Shown here one piece after another: positions 17,579-25,830 of a stretch of 32,000 nt of DNA; the stretch's first letter is position 1, and each line of letters opens with the position of its first letter. The stretch comes from an uncultured archaeon (lineage in GTDB: Archaea > Iainarchaeota > Iainarchaeia > Iainarchaeales > Iainarchaeaceae): assembly GCA_964577555.1 (NCBI GenBank), contig CAZNZM010000003.1, positions 5,837-37,836 of the forward strand, in the 5' to 3' direction. The notes beneath the pieces are model-generated. The model did no database searches and was not told where the DNA came from. It saw nothing but the letters and a program-made list of their open reading frames with translations. The translations under genes were made by a program, and so were the position numbers.

Positions 17579-17596
17579 GCAAGTAATGTGTTTTTT

Positions 17597-18742
17597 TTAT
17601 TGTAGAAATTCTTTCAATTTTTTGTTGCTGTGGTGTTCTTTTTCTTTATTTTCGTTTTTTATTATTTCCATTCGTGGATGTGCGAGTTTTATGTCTTCGT
17701 GTTTTTCTATTTTTTCCAAAAAGTCTTTGATTATTGTGGCTTTAGTTTCCGCAATTGCATCTAAATCGGTTTGATAAATAACGTTAATTCCTATTGAAGC
17801 GGGTTCAAGCTTGATATGGATTTTTGGCTTTGGAATCGGCACTTCGTTGCTTGATTCGACAGTTTTCATTATGTTGATTTGTTCTTTGACTGTTTTTTTA
17901 AGAAAATCGCGTTTTATTTTTTTTGAGGCTTCTTGCAACAAATTCAATGCTTCCTGCCAAGCTCTTTTTTCTGCAAATGTTACGGGCACTTGTGTTTTGA
18001 CAAATTTTTTGACGTTTTCTTCGGTTATTTCTTCAACGATTTTTGCAGCTTTTCTCCAGTTGCTTTCGTATGTAATTGAAAACGTTATTTCATCAGTATA
18101 AAGTCCGCCATTTCTGGAATAGTTTAGAATTGGATTGGTGAGTATAAGTTCGTTTGGAATAGTTATTATTTGTTCGCTTTTATTGTTTGAATCAGCTTTG
18201 GAGCCTTGTATTCTGGTGTACATTAAGTGTATTGATTTGACTTCTCCTTTGATGTTGTTGACTTCTATTTTTTCTCCAAGATTGAACGGGTTTGTCGTTA
18301 TTATGGTTACCCAGCCGACAAAATTCATTATTGGTTTTTGCAGGGCAAATGTAACCCCAAAACCTATTAGCCCCAAAGAGGTTATTATTGCGCCAAAATC
18401 TTTGAAAAAAGTGAATAGCAGAATTATTACAATTATAAACCATACGATATAGGTATATGCTGCAATTATGAGTTTGGATTGGTTTTTCTTTCCTTTGTGT
18501 TCAAGGTATTTTTGCAGAATGGGTTTTGTTATATACAGAAATATTATTGTTTCTAATATTATAATTGACGCGTCTAAAATTTTTGGAAAAATACTGCTAA
18601 AAAAAGTTGGTTTGTCTCCGTATAATTGGCTTACAATGTTTGATATTTGGCTCCAATAAAAGAATATGAATAAGCCTACTATTAGCGCGGAAATTGCAAA
18701 TGTCAGATATGAAATAATGTTCCAAATTTTTGTTTTGTCCAT
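17597..18742 (-). CDS. Mechanosensitive ion channel, MscS family
   Basis: N-terminal TM helices followed by the MscS signature region (ALQKPIMNFVGWVTII..PFNLGEKIEVNNIKGEVKSIHLMYTRIQ). 381 aa. Confidence 0.8.
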   Translation of the reverse strand: MDKTKIWNIISYLTFAISALIVGLFIFFYWSQISNIVSQLYGDKPTFFSSIFPKILDASIIILETIIFLYITKPILQKYLEHKGKKNQSKLIIAAYTYIVWFIIVIILLFTFFKDFGAIITSLGLIGFGVTFALQKPIMNFVGWVTIITTNPFNLGEKIEVNNIKGEVKSIHLMYTRIQGSKADSNNKSEQIITIPNELILTNPILNYSRNGGLYTDEITFSITYESNWRKAAKIVEEITEENVKKFVKTQVPVTFAEKRAWQEALNLLQEASKKIKRDFLKKTVKEQINIMKTVESSNEVPIPKPKIHIKLEPASIGINVIYQTDLDAIAETKATIIKDFLEKIEKHEDIKLAHPRMEIIKNENKEKEHHSNKKLKEFLQ

Positions 18743-18856
18743 TTCATAATAAATAATGGTTTACATTTTAAACATTGATTGTTTTCTTTCTTGTCAAGTG
18801 TAATATATTATTAAAAGAACTTTTTTTCATTTTTGGTAAAAATTCAAGTGTCTTTT

Positions 18857-20131
18857 ATGCTGTCTGGGCCAACAAAATTTATTTTTGCATTTTTCGGAGT
18901 TTTGCTTTTTTCTTTTATTGTGCTTTCTGTTGATTTGTCTTCGCCTTTGGTTAATAATGATTCTAATAATAGCGATTTGAACTTTGGGTTTGACGAGAAT
19001 TTGAGTGTTTTGAAAAAAGACCAAAATAAAGTGTTTGATTATAATTATGGAGAAGAAACAGGTTTTGATTCAAATAGTTTTTTTGATTTGAATGCTGGCG
19101 GTGTTTTTGATGATGTTAATTCTGGGATTGATTTTAACGTTTCTGATTTGAATAATCATGTTGATTTTAATTCAAATTTTGATTTGAATGCTGGCAAAGT
19201 TTTTGGCGATGTTAATTCTGTTTTTGATTCTAATAGTTTTGATTTGAATGTTGGTGTTGTTGATTCCAATTCAGACCAAGTTTTTGACTTGAATAATGGC
19301 GTTTATGAAAGTTCTGAAAACGACTCTGTGCATGTGAAAAATTCTTATTATGGTGGTGTGGATTTTGTTAAATTGCGTGATGAAATTTCTAAAATGGAAT
19401 TCCAATATGATGCGCTAAAATCCGCTTTTAAGGATTCTTCAGGGGTTGAAAAAATTGCTTTGCGCAATCAGGCAGTGGAAAAAGCAAGGGTTATTTTGCT
19501 TTTGCAAACCGAGCTCATTATTTCCGAATTGGAATACGTAAAACCTGAAGTGGTTGATGTTTCAGAGGTTCAAAAATGTATTGATTATATTTCAGAAAAG
19601 AGGAAATTGCTTGAAGATGTGAATATTTCTTTGTCAAATCTTTCAGATATTTCTTATTCTTTGAGGTCTTTTTGGGAAAAGGAAAAACCTGTTGTGTTGA
19701 AAATGGTTCTTTTGTCTTCTTTGTCAAGAATTTCTGCAGCAATTGAAAAAATAGATTATTTTGTTTCGGGTTTTGAAAGTCTTTCTAATAAGCTTTCTGT
19801 TAGCGATGAAAATAAGGTGTTGTTGACTGGTGTTTCCAAGTTAAAATCCGATTCTGTTGCTTTGGTTTCGGTTGTTCAAAAAGTTTCTTTTGCAGAGTCT
19901 AAGGTTGATGTTAATTCTTATTTAGAATTTTATGATTCTGTGAGGGTCTCAATTGCTTTGGCTAATGCTCTTGCCAAAGAGGATTATGAGGTTATGGGTT
20001 ATCTTTATTTTGCGGTAAAAAATATAATTAATGGCATTGCTGTTCCGCGTGAGATTTCTTCAAAAGTTGATTCATACGTTTATAGCAGCATAAGAGATGA
20101 GCTTTTATTGTCGCTTGAAAATTTCGGTTAG
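18857..20131 (+). CDS. Secreted/surface protein: signal-anchor, N/D/S-rich FDLNAG tandem repeats, about 260-aa helical domain (cassette copy 1)
   Basis: The track ORF starts at TTG 18833; the first ATG (18857) gives MLSGPTKFIFAFFGVLLFSFIVLS. Coding repeats at 19075-19295. The helical domain is homologous by eye to the 23531 product (EKARVILLLQTELIISELEYVK versus EKTRLLLIAQLKAIIEKLKLVE). Confidence 0.6.
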   Translation: MLSGPTKFIFAFFGVLLFSFIVLSVDLSSPLVNNDSNNSDLNFGFDENLSVLKKDQNKVFDYNYGEETGFDSNSFFDLNAGGVFDDVNSGIDFNVSDLNNHVDFNSNFDLNAGKVFGDVNSVFDSNSFDLNVGVVDSNSDQVFDLNNGVYESSENDSVHVKNSYYGGVDFVKLRDEISKMEFQYDALKSAFKDSSGVEKIALRNQAVEKARVILLLQTELIISELEYVKPEVVDVSEVQKCIDYISEKRKLLEDVNISLSNLSDISYSLRSFWEKEKPVVLKMVLLSSLSRISAAIEKIDYFVSGFESLSNKLSVSDENKVLLTGVSKLKSDSVALVSVVQKVSFAESKVDVNSYLEFYDSVRVSIALANALAKEDYEVMGYLYFAVKNIINGIAVPREISSKVDSYVYSSIRDELLLSLENFG

Positions 20132-20142
20132 AGTGGTTTTTT

Positions 20143-20355
20143 ATGGTTTTGAAATTTGTTTGTTTTTTTCTTTTGTTGCTTTTTTTTGTTGGCTGCGTGT
20201 TTGAGCAAAAATCAGGTTTTTCTGATGTTGGTTTTGGTGATGCAAATAATAGTGTTAATTCAATGGTTGGTGTAGAAAAAAAAATCCCTGAATATGATCC
20301 TTTTGTGATTGTTCATGATGATTTTTTGAAAATTGATGTTAATGATTTTGGGTGA
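20143..20355 (+). CDS. Small lipobox-type secreted protein (cassette copy 1 partner)
   Basis: MVLKFVCFFLLLLFFVGC is a signal peptide ending in Cys. The C-terminal DDFLKIDVNDF resembles SDLELVEIDESTF of the 24631 product. Starts 11 nt after the upstream gene. Confidence 0.5.
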   Translation: MVLKFVCFFLLLLFFVGCVFEQKSGFSDVGFGDANNSVNSMVGVEKKIPEYDPFVIVHDDFLKIDVNDFG

Positions 20356-20944
20356 TTTTTTGGATTTTTCTTTTCCTGAATCGCTTGTTTTGTTTGCCAA
20401 GACAAGGCGTTTGAAATTGATTGGCAAGATAGCCAAGGGTTGGAGTTCTGAAATTTTTCTTGCAAAGGATTTTGACGGGGAGAAAGTTGTTCTTAAAGTT
20501 CTTAGTGAAAAATCCAATAGGCGGGAAATGGTTCAAAGGGAATCAAAAAATCTTGGCCTTGCCAATTCTGTAGGTGTTGGTCCAAAGCTTTATTTTTTTG
20601 ATGTTGTTGCCGGCGTTGTTGGGATGGAGTTTGTTGATGGTTTGCCTTTTGGCAAGTGGATTTTTTCAGGTGTTTCAAGGAAGGAGCTTGAAAGATTTAT
20701 TGGCGACCTTTTTTTGCAAGCCAAAAAATTGGATTTGATTGGGCTTGATCATGGACAGCTTGCCGGTTCGGGCAGGAATATTCTTGTGCGCAACGGGTTG
20801 CCTGTTATTATTGATTTTGAAAAGGCTTCTACTTCAAGAAAGGTTCATAATGTGAATGTTGTTGATTCTTTTCTTTTTAGAAGCCGCGGTTCAAAAGTAG
20901 TTGAAAAAGTGTTTTCTGTTTTGGGTTTGAAAAAAGAAAAATAG
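20336..20944 (+). CDS. Small protein-kinase-fold protein (RIO/Bud32/COG2112-like), possibly atypical active site
   Basis: Gly-rich loop IAKGWSSEIFLA, VVLKV lysine, GMEFVDG hinge. LDHGQLAGSGRNILV sits where HGDL..N is expected, followed by IIDFEKAS. The track start is TTG 20333; ATGs are at 20336 and 20342. Overlaps the preceding gene. Confidence 0.5.
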   Translation: MLMILGDFLDFSFPESLVLFAKTRRLKLIGKIAKGWSSEIFLAKDFDGEKVVLKVLSEKSNRREMVQRESKNLGLANSVGVGPKLYFFDVVAGVVGMEFVDGLPFGKWIFSGVSRKELERFIGDLFLQAKKLDLIGLDHGQLAGSGRNILVRNGLPVIIDFEKASTSRKVHNVNVVDSFLFRSRGSKVVEKVFSVLGLKKEK

Positions 20945-20946
20945 TG

Positions 20947-20968
20947 GGGCTTTGAAAGCCCTTTTTTT
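20947..20968 (+). terminator. Intrinsic-terminator-like hairpin plus T7
   Basis: gggctttgaaagccc (arms gggct/agccc) followed by ttttttt, immediately after the kinase-like stop. Shared with the convergent - strand gene. Confidence 0.5.
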
Positions 20969-21410
20969 ATTTTACGAATTTTCTGTCCACTTCAAGTATT
21001 AGGACGTCGCATGCCGCTTTTATTGATTCAAGTTGTTTGATTATTCTTTCTTTTTCCTTTTCAATGTCTTGTATGTTTTCATAAGGTTCTATTGCTTCTC
21101 TGAGCATTGCGCCATCAACATAAGTATATGGGTTTTGGTTGAGTTTTTGGGCTATTCTTTCAACCATTTTGCCAAGCCATATGTTCATTTCGTTTTTTAC
21201 TTGCCCTTTTATTTGTTTTCCCGGGCTAAGGTTCTTTCTAAGCATGTTTACAATTGTTGCTTTTGGGAATGGCAATTTGCTTTCGTCTATATTATCATCT
21301 TCTTCTGATTCAATTAGGTCTTGTTCTTTTTGAGGTTTTTCCTCTATTTTTTCAGCTTTTGGCGTTTGTTGAGCTTCATTGGTTTTTTTTAATTGTTGTA
21401 TAGATTGCAC
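20967..21410 (-). CDS. Histone-fold-like protein with acidic N-terminal extension and C-terminal coiled-coil (tentative)
   Basis: The core LPFPKATIVNMLRKNLSPGKQIKGQVKNEMNIWLGKMVERIAQKLNQNPYTYVDGAMLREAI fits the helix-loop-helix-loop-helix spacing of archaeal histone/NF-Y folds by eye. GTG start at 21410 preceded by GGGGGT. Confidence 0.35.
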   Translation of the reverse strand: MQSIQQLKKTNEAQQTPKAEKIEEKPQKEQDLIESEEDDNIDESKLPFPKATIVNMLRKNLSPGKQIKGQVKNEMNIWLGKMVERIAQKLNQNPYTYVDGAMLREAIEPYENIQDIEKEKERIIKQLESIKAACDVLILEVDRKFVK

Positions 21411-21601
21411 TGTTAAACCCCCTAGTAGATTAATTAAAAGTGATAGTTAATATGTCAAGCATACAAAATTTAAATGCTTCCATGGCGTTATTTTTGCTGT
21501 TGTTAAAATGGTTTTAATAATTTATTTGAGGCGTTTTATTGAAGGTATTTTTTTTGTTTTTGTTCTGATATTATATATACTATATATACTATTTACTTAT
21601 A

Positions 21602-22174
21602 ATGTCTTTGTTTGCAGGTTTTTTTATGAAAAGGGAAACAGGGCTTGTTCAAGTTTATTGGGGCAATGGAAAGGGCAAGACTACTGCTGCGCTTGGTTTG
21701 TGTGTTCGTGCTCTTGGCAGAGGTTTGAAAGTACATTTGGTGCAGTTCCTGAAGGGTGGAATTGAGGGTAATAAGGATTTTGAAGAGTATGGCGAACTTA
21801 TGTCGCTTAAGGAATTCAAGAATTTTTCTTATAAAAGATTCGGCATGAAAAAATGGGTTGTTGGAAAACCCGAGCCGGATCATTTGGCTCAAGCTGAAAT
21901 AGCCCTTGAACATTCAAAAAATGTTGTCTCTTCCGGAGCTTATGATGTAGTGGTGCTTGACGAGATTCTTTATGCGATTCAATTAGGTTTGATTACTGAG
22001 AGTGATGTTTTGGAGTTGATTAAGTCAAAGTCAAAATATTCGGAACTTGTCTTAACTGGTTCTCACATTCCTTTTCAAAATGTTTTTAATATAGCTGATC
22101 TTGTAACTGAAATGAAAAAGCATAAACATCCTTTTGATGCAGGGGTTCCGGCCAGAAAAGGAATTGAATTTTGA
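21602..22174 (+). CDS. cobA: ATP:cob(I)alamin adenosyltransferase, CobA/CobO/BtuR type
   Basis: GLVQVYWGNGKGKTTAALGLCVRALGRGLKVHLVQFLKG P-loop signature, VVLDEILYAI, and the ELVLTGSH...ADLVTEMKKHKHPF..GVPARKGIEF C-terminus. Alternative ATG at 21626. A TATA repeat lies about 25 nt upstream. Confidence 0.8.
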   Translation: MSLFAGFFMKRETGLVQVYWGNGKGKTTAALGLCVRALGRGLKVHLVQFLKGGIEGNKDFEEYGELMSLKEFKNFSYKRFGMKKWVVGKPEPDHLAQAEIALEHSKNVVSSGAYDVVVLDEILYAIQLGLITESDVLELIKSKSKYSELVLTGSHIPFQNVFNIADLVTEMKKHKHPFDAGVPARKGIEF

Positions 22175-22470
22175 ACGAGGAATACATAGATAAATAGGCT
22201 TGTTTTTTTAAGCAGGTTTTTTTGTCATTTTTGATTGTTTATTTTTTTGTTTTTTCTAAATTGAAAAAATATTTTTTTTGTCTTTTTGGCTTTGTTTTTT
22301 GCGAGCCTATCATGTCTTGTTAGTTTTTCATTTTTTGAGATTTGAGCCATTTTTTTGCAAGCCAGTTTTTTTTATGGCGTTTATTTTTTGCCTTGTTTTT
22401 TTGGTTGACTTTTCAAATAATTATTTTTTTTTTTAATTAGCTTTATTTTTTTTGTTTTGACTAGCCGTTT
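22175..22470 (+). repeat. T-tract spacer with RAGCC-T(n) units
   Basis: gcgagcctatc (~22301), tgagccattttttt (~22343), gcaagccagtttttttt (~22357), gactagccgtttttttt (~22460). Confidence 0.65.
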
Positions 22471-22578
22471 TTTTTGAGTCGAATTTTTATTTGGTCAAAA
22501 GTAAGCTTTTTGTTAAATATGGAAAATAATTTTTTTTTGCAGTTATCAATATAAAACCTCATTTGCTTTTTGTATTGT

Positions 22579-23418
22579 ATGCTTAAACCTGATAAATTGC
22601 TTTTTGCGCCTGCAGGCATACCTATTTGTACCGAGCCGCGCGATACCGAAAATGGCATCAGGACAACCAAAAAGTTGGGTTTGGGCGCCATGGAGTTGGA
22701 GTTTGTGCAAAGCGTTTTTATAACAAAAGATAAAGCGCCAGGCATTAGAAAGGTTGCTGAAGAGGAAGGAATTGTGCTTACTTGCCATGCCCCGTATTTT
22801 ATAAATTTGAATGCGGTTGAGCCTGAAAAAAAAGGGGCTTCAAGATCAAGAATAATTCAAAGCGCCAAAATACTTGAGCTTTGCGGGGGTTATTCTGTTT
22901 GTTTTCATCCTGGCTTTTATCTAAAAGACTCCAAAGCCCAGGCTTATAAAAACGTGAAAGAGCAATTGGCTAAAGTTATGGATGAAGTAAAACAACTTGG
23001 TTTAAAGGTGTGGATTAGGCCAGAAACAACCGGCAAGCCAACTCAATTTGGCTCTGTTGAAGAATTGTGTGATTTGAGTGCTGAATTTGATCAGGTTTTG
23101 CCAGTAATTGATTTTTCGCATTTGCATGCACGAACTAATGGCAAGTATAATTCAAAAGAGGAGTTTAAACATATTTTGGAGTTGATTGAAAAGAAAAACG
23201 GAAAAATTGCTTTGCATAACATGCATATTCATATTTCTGGCATTGCTTATAATGAAAAAGGCGAAAAAAATCATCTTGAATTGAATTCCAGCGACATGAA
23301 TTATCTCGCTGTGCTCGAAGTATTAAAAGAATTTGGGGCTAAAGGAGTGGTTGTTTCGGAAAGCCCTAATATTGAACAAGATGCTATTATGTTGCAAAAA
23401 AAATATGTTGATTTGTGA
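22579..23418 (+). CDS. nfo: Endonuclease IV-like / xylose-isomerase-like TIM-barrel protein (AP endonuclease family 2)
   Basis: LGLGAMELEF, CHAPYFINL, CFHPG, IRPETTGK and IDFSHLHAR motifs at the spacing of the metal-binding residues in Endo IV-family TIM barrels. The track start is TTG 22570; the first ATG is at 22579. Confidence 0.7.
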   Translation: MLKPDKLLFAPAGIPICTEPRDTENGIRTTKKLGLGAMELEFVQSVFITKDKAPGIRKVAEEEGIVLTCHAPYFINLNAVEPEKKGASRSRIIQSAKILELCGGYSVCFHPGFYLKDSKAQAYKNVKEQLAKVMDEVKQLGLKVWIRPETTGKPTQFGSVEELCDLSAEFDQVLPVIDFSHLHARTNGKYNSKEEFKHILELIEKKNGKIALHNMHIHISGIAYNEKGEKNHLELNSSDMNYLAVLEVLKEFGAKGVVVSESPNIEQDAIMLQKKYVDL

Positions 23419-23530
23419 TTATGCTTAATCAAAAAGCAAAAATTTTGCCAAAAATGTCCTAAAACAAGGTAAAAAGGTTTAAATTATACTTATTATATTA
23501 ATTAGTAAATTTATTTTAGGAGGTGTTTTA

Positions 23531-24634
23531 ATGATTTTTAAAAAATCATTTGTAATTGCCTCGTCTTTGATTTTTATATTGATGAGTGCAATAGCATTTT
23601 CAGAATCTGATAATACTACATCTGATAATACTACTAATACAGATGGCAGTAATACTGGTAGTGAACCGAATAAAGTTGTCACCAAGGTTCCAAATGTTGT
23701 AAAACCAAAACCGGTGGCTAATGTTGTTAGGCCTGTTCCTGATAGGAATTTTGTTAGGCCTGATGTTGTTAGGCCTGTTCCTGATAGGGATTTGAACCCA
23801 GTAGTTACACCATTTGTTAAAGCCAAGATTTTCGATAAGATAAAATCGGAATTGGATTCAAATTATTCAAATTTTTTGGCTGTAAAGGAAAAACTTAAAA
23901 TAGCAAAAGATAAAATCGAAAAGGAGAAAGTTAGAAAAGAATTGCAAGAAAAAACAAGGCTTTTGCTGATTGCTCAACTAAAAGCAATAATAGAAAAGCT
24001 AAAATTGGTTGAAAGCAATGGTGTTGCAGACGAGGAAACTAAAAGAGCTATTGAAGTTCTTGAAAAAAAATTGAATAATCTGCAAAATAGCAATGATTTG
24101 AATGTTTCAGATCTTCAATCAGTTTCCAGTGAGTCAAAGAAAATTTTTGAACGCAATGAAGCAAGAGTAAAGGCAAAAATCGGTCTTGAAATGGCTGAAA
24201 AATATCTTAAAACAATAGCCAAAGCCGAAGCCTATTCAAAAAGGCTTGGCGAAATAATTTCTTCCTTAAAAGCAGCTGGCAAAGATACTTCAAGGCTTCA
24301 AACCGCAAAAGAAAAGCTTGATAAAGACATAGAAAGAATAAAGTCGGTTGCTTTGTCTTTGAAGGAAAAGTTTGCCGCCGCTAATACTAAAGAAGAAACT
24401 CTTGAAGTAATGAAAGAAGCACACAATAAATTAAGAATTATTCATAAAGAAATCCAAAAAGATATTATTCTCATAAGGCTTGCTTTCATAGGAGCAAAAG
24501 AAATTTCTGAAAAAGGAGAATTATCTGTAAATACAAGCGATGAAATTGAAGAAGTCGTTTCAGGCGAAGCAAGTGCTGTAACTGAATTAAATGTTCCTTC
24601 AGAAGAATTAACTGCAGGAGGTGAAGCACAATGA
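23531..24634 (+). CDS. Secreted/surface protein: signal peptide, T/N/D-rich linker, VVRPVPDR repeats, about 270-aa K/E-rich helical domain (cassette copy 2)
   Basis: A strong AGGAGGTG Shine-Dalgarno sequence lies 6 nt upstream of the ATG. Signal peptide MIFKKSFVIASSLIFILMSAIAFS. A 24-bp perfect coding repeat occurs at 23724-23747 and 23763-23786. The helical domain is homologous by eye to the 18857 product. Confidence 0.65.
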   Translation: MIFKKSFVIASSLIFILMSAIAFSESDNTTSDNTTNTDGSNTGSEPNKVVTKVPNVVKPKPVANVVRPVPDRNFVRPDVVRPVPDRDLNPVVTPFVKAKIFDKIKSELDSNYSNFLAVKEKLKIAKDKIEKEKVRKELQEKTRLLLIAQLKAIIEKLKLVESNGVADEETKRAIEVLEKKLNNLQNSNDLNVSDLQSVSSESKKIFERNEARVKAKIGLEMAEKYLKTIAKAEAYSKRLGEIISSLKAAGKDTSRLQTAKEKLDKDIERIKSVALSLKEKFAAANTKEETLEVMKEAHNKLRIIHKEIQKDIILIRLAFIGAKEISEKGELSVNTSDEIEEVVSGEASAVTELNVPSEELTAGGEAQ

Positions 24635-24924
24635 ATGCGGCAAAAATAAGCGTTGTTTTCGTATTTTTGGCTTTTGCATTGGTTTTGGCTGGTTGTTCTA
24701 ATAAACCTGTTCCTCCTCCAAATCCACCTCAAAATGATGTTAAGGTTGATGTAAAGCAGGACAATCCTGTGACTGAAAAGCCTGCCAATGTAGAACCTGT
24801 TAAAGTACCTTCGGACGAATTAAACGATATTCAAAAGGAGCTTGCAGAAATGGAAAAGACCATTGAAAGTGAAAATTCGTCTGATTTGGAGTTGGTTGAA
24901 ATAGATGAAAGCACCTTCCAATGA
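24631..24924 (+). CDS. Small lipoprotein (LAGC lipobox), Pro-rich linker, acidic C-terminus (cassette copy 2 partner)
   Basis: MNAAKISVVFVFLAFALVLAGCSNKP has a canonical lipobox. ATGA overlap with the upstream gene. The C-terminal motif is similar to the 20143 product. Confidence 0.6.
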   Translation: MNAAKISVVFVFLAFALVLAGCSNKPVPPPNPPQNDVKVDVKQDNPVTEKPANVEPVKVPSDELNDIQKELAEMEKTIESENSSDLELVEIDESTFQ

Positions 24925-24950
24925 AGGTGCAATTTTCTTTATTTTTTTAC
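24911..24950 (+). terminator. Hairpin plus T-rich tail overlapping the lipoprotein stop codon
   Basis: gcaccttc-caat-gaaggtgc (perfect 8-bp stem, 24911-24930) followed by aattttctttattttttt. Lies between convergent genes. Confidence 0.55.
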
Positions 24951-24955
24951 TCTTT

Positions 24956-25186
24956 TTACTCTATTTTTTTTACAAAAATGCATGGAACTGGACAAGCATC
25001 TGCCGCTTCTTTGTTTTGATTGTACTTTGATTCGTCAATAATTTTTACTTCGACAGCTCCTTCTTTTTGCGAGCCTTGAAGGTGCGATTTGTCACCATCC
25101 ATTATCCAATCTTCAGGGTCTATTGCTGCGCATGCTCCGCAACCTATGCAAATTTCTTTTTGATGTTCAACTCTGAATTTTGCCAT
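24956..25186 (-). CDS. Small ferredoxin (single Fe-S cluster type)
   Basis: CIGCGACAAIDP ... ADACPVPCI cysteine pattern. 76 aa. Confidence 0.75.
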   Translation of the reverse strand: MAKFRVEHQKEICIGCGACAAIDPEDWIMDGDKSHLQGSQKEGAVEVKIIDESKYNQNKEAADACPVPCIFVKKIE

Positions 25187-25240
25187 GTAAAAACCTCTTT
25201 CGTAATATATGTTGGCTGTTGTTTTAAATGTTGTGCAGTG

Positions 25241-25702
25241 TTAAAGCCCGAATCCTTTAATTATTTCGTCTGCATGCGATTCTACTTTTGGTTTGTCAAT
25301 TATTTTGACGATTTTGCCTTTTTCATTTATTAAAAAGGTTGTTCTTGCAATTCCTAAAAATGTTTTGCCGTAAAGGCTTTTTTTCTTCCAAACCCCGTAT
25401 TTTTCAAGTACTTCCATTTTTTCGTCTGAAAGTATGGGGAAATTGAATTTGAATTTTTCAGCAAATTTTTTGTGGCTTTCCAATCCATCTTTGCTTATGC
25501 CGACAATTTCAATTCCTTTTTCCTTCAATTTGTCATAATTGTCCCTTATATTGCATCCTTGTATAGTGCATCCAGGAGTATCGTCTTTTGGATAAAAGTA
25601 AACTACAAGTTTCTTTCCTTTATAGTCTTTCAATTTGTGGATTTTTCCATTTTGGTCAGGCAAATTGAATTCAGGCGCTTTGTCCCCTTCTTTAAGCTCC
25701 AT
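25241..25702 (-). CDS. bcp: Peroxiredoxin, Bcp type (thiol peroxidase)
   Basis: KLVVYFYPKDDTPGCT active-site motif. The track start is GTG 25711; the ATG at 25702 is preceded by GGGTGA. Confidence 0.9.
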   Translation of the reverse strand: MELKEGDKAPEFNLPDQNGKIHKLKDYKGKKLVVYFYPKDDTPGCTIQGCNIRDNYDKLKEKGIEIVGISKDGLESHKKFAEKFKFNFPILSDEKMEVLEKYGVWKKKSLYGKTFLGIARTTFLINEKGKIVKIIDKPKVESHADEIIKGFGL

Positions 25703-25830
25703 TAAAATCACCCAAAACGATTTTGTTTTTTTTGCAAATAAATATTGTTTGGTTCGTTAAATAAAATCCATTGATAATTTTTTTGTAATTATATTAGTTT
25801 TTCTGCAATTCATCTAAAAAAATATTTTTT

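Noticed and set aside
9095-18659. Other antisense shadow ORFs inside the 8818 gene, ileS, thermosome and MscS (for example 9095-9676, 11249-11767, 12245-12616, 13492-13857, 16576-17091, 18135-18452)
   Set aside because: Each is fully contained in a recognisable gene on the opposite strand and is an expected by-product of the strong strand composition bias.
21602-22174. The CobA-type adenosyltransferase as evidence for a cobalamin pathway island
   Set aside because: It is a single gene with no neighbouring cob/cbi/btu genes in the window. Nothing can be said about the pathway from this sequence alone.
22461-23826. Minus-strand ORFs 22461-22745, 22546-22788 and 23479-23826
   Set aside because: They overlap the Endo IV-like gene or the copy-2 surface-protein gene in antisense. 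The last is a Thr/Gly/Leu repeat mirror of the coding repeats.
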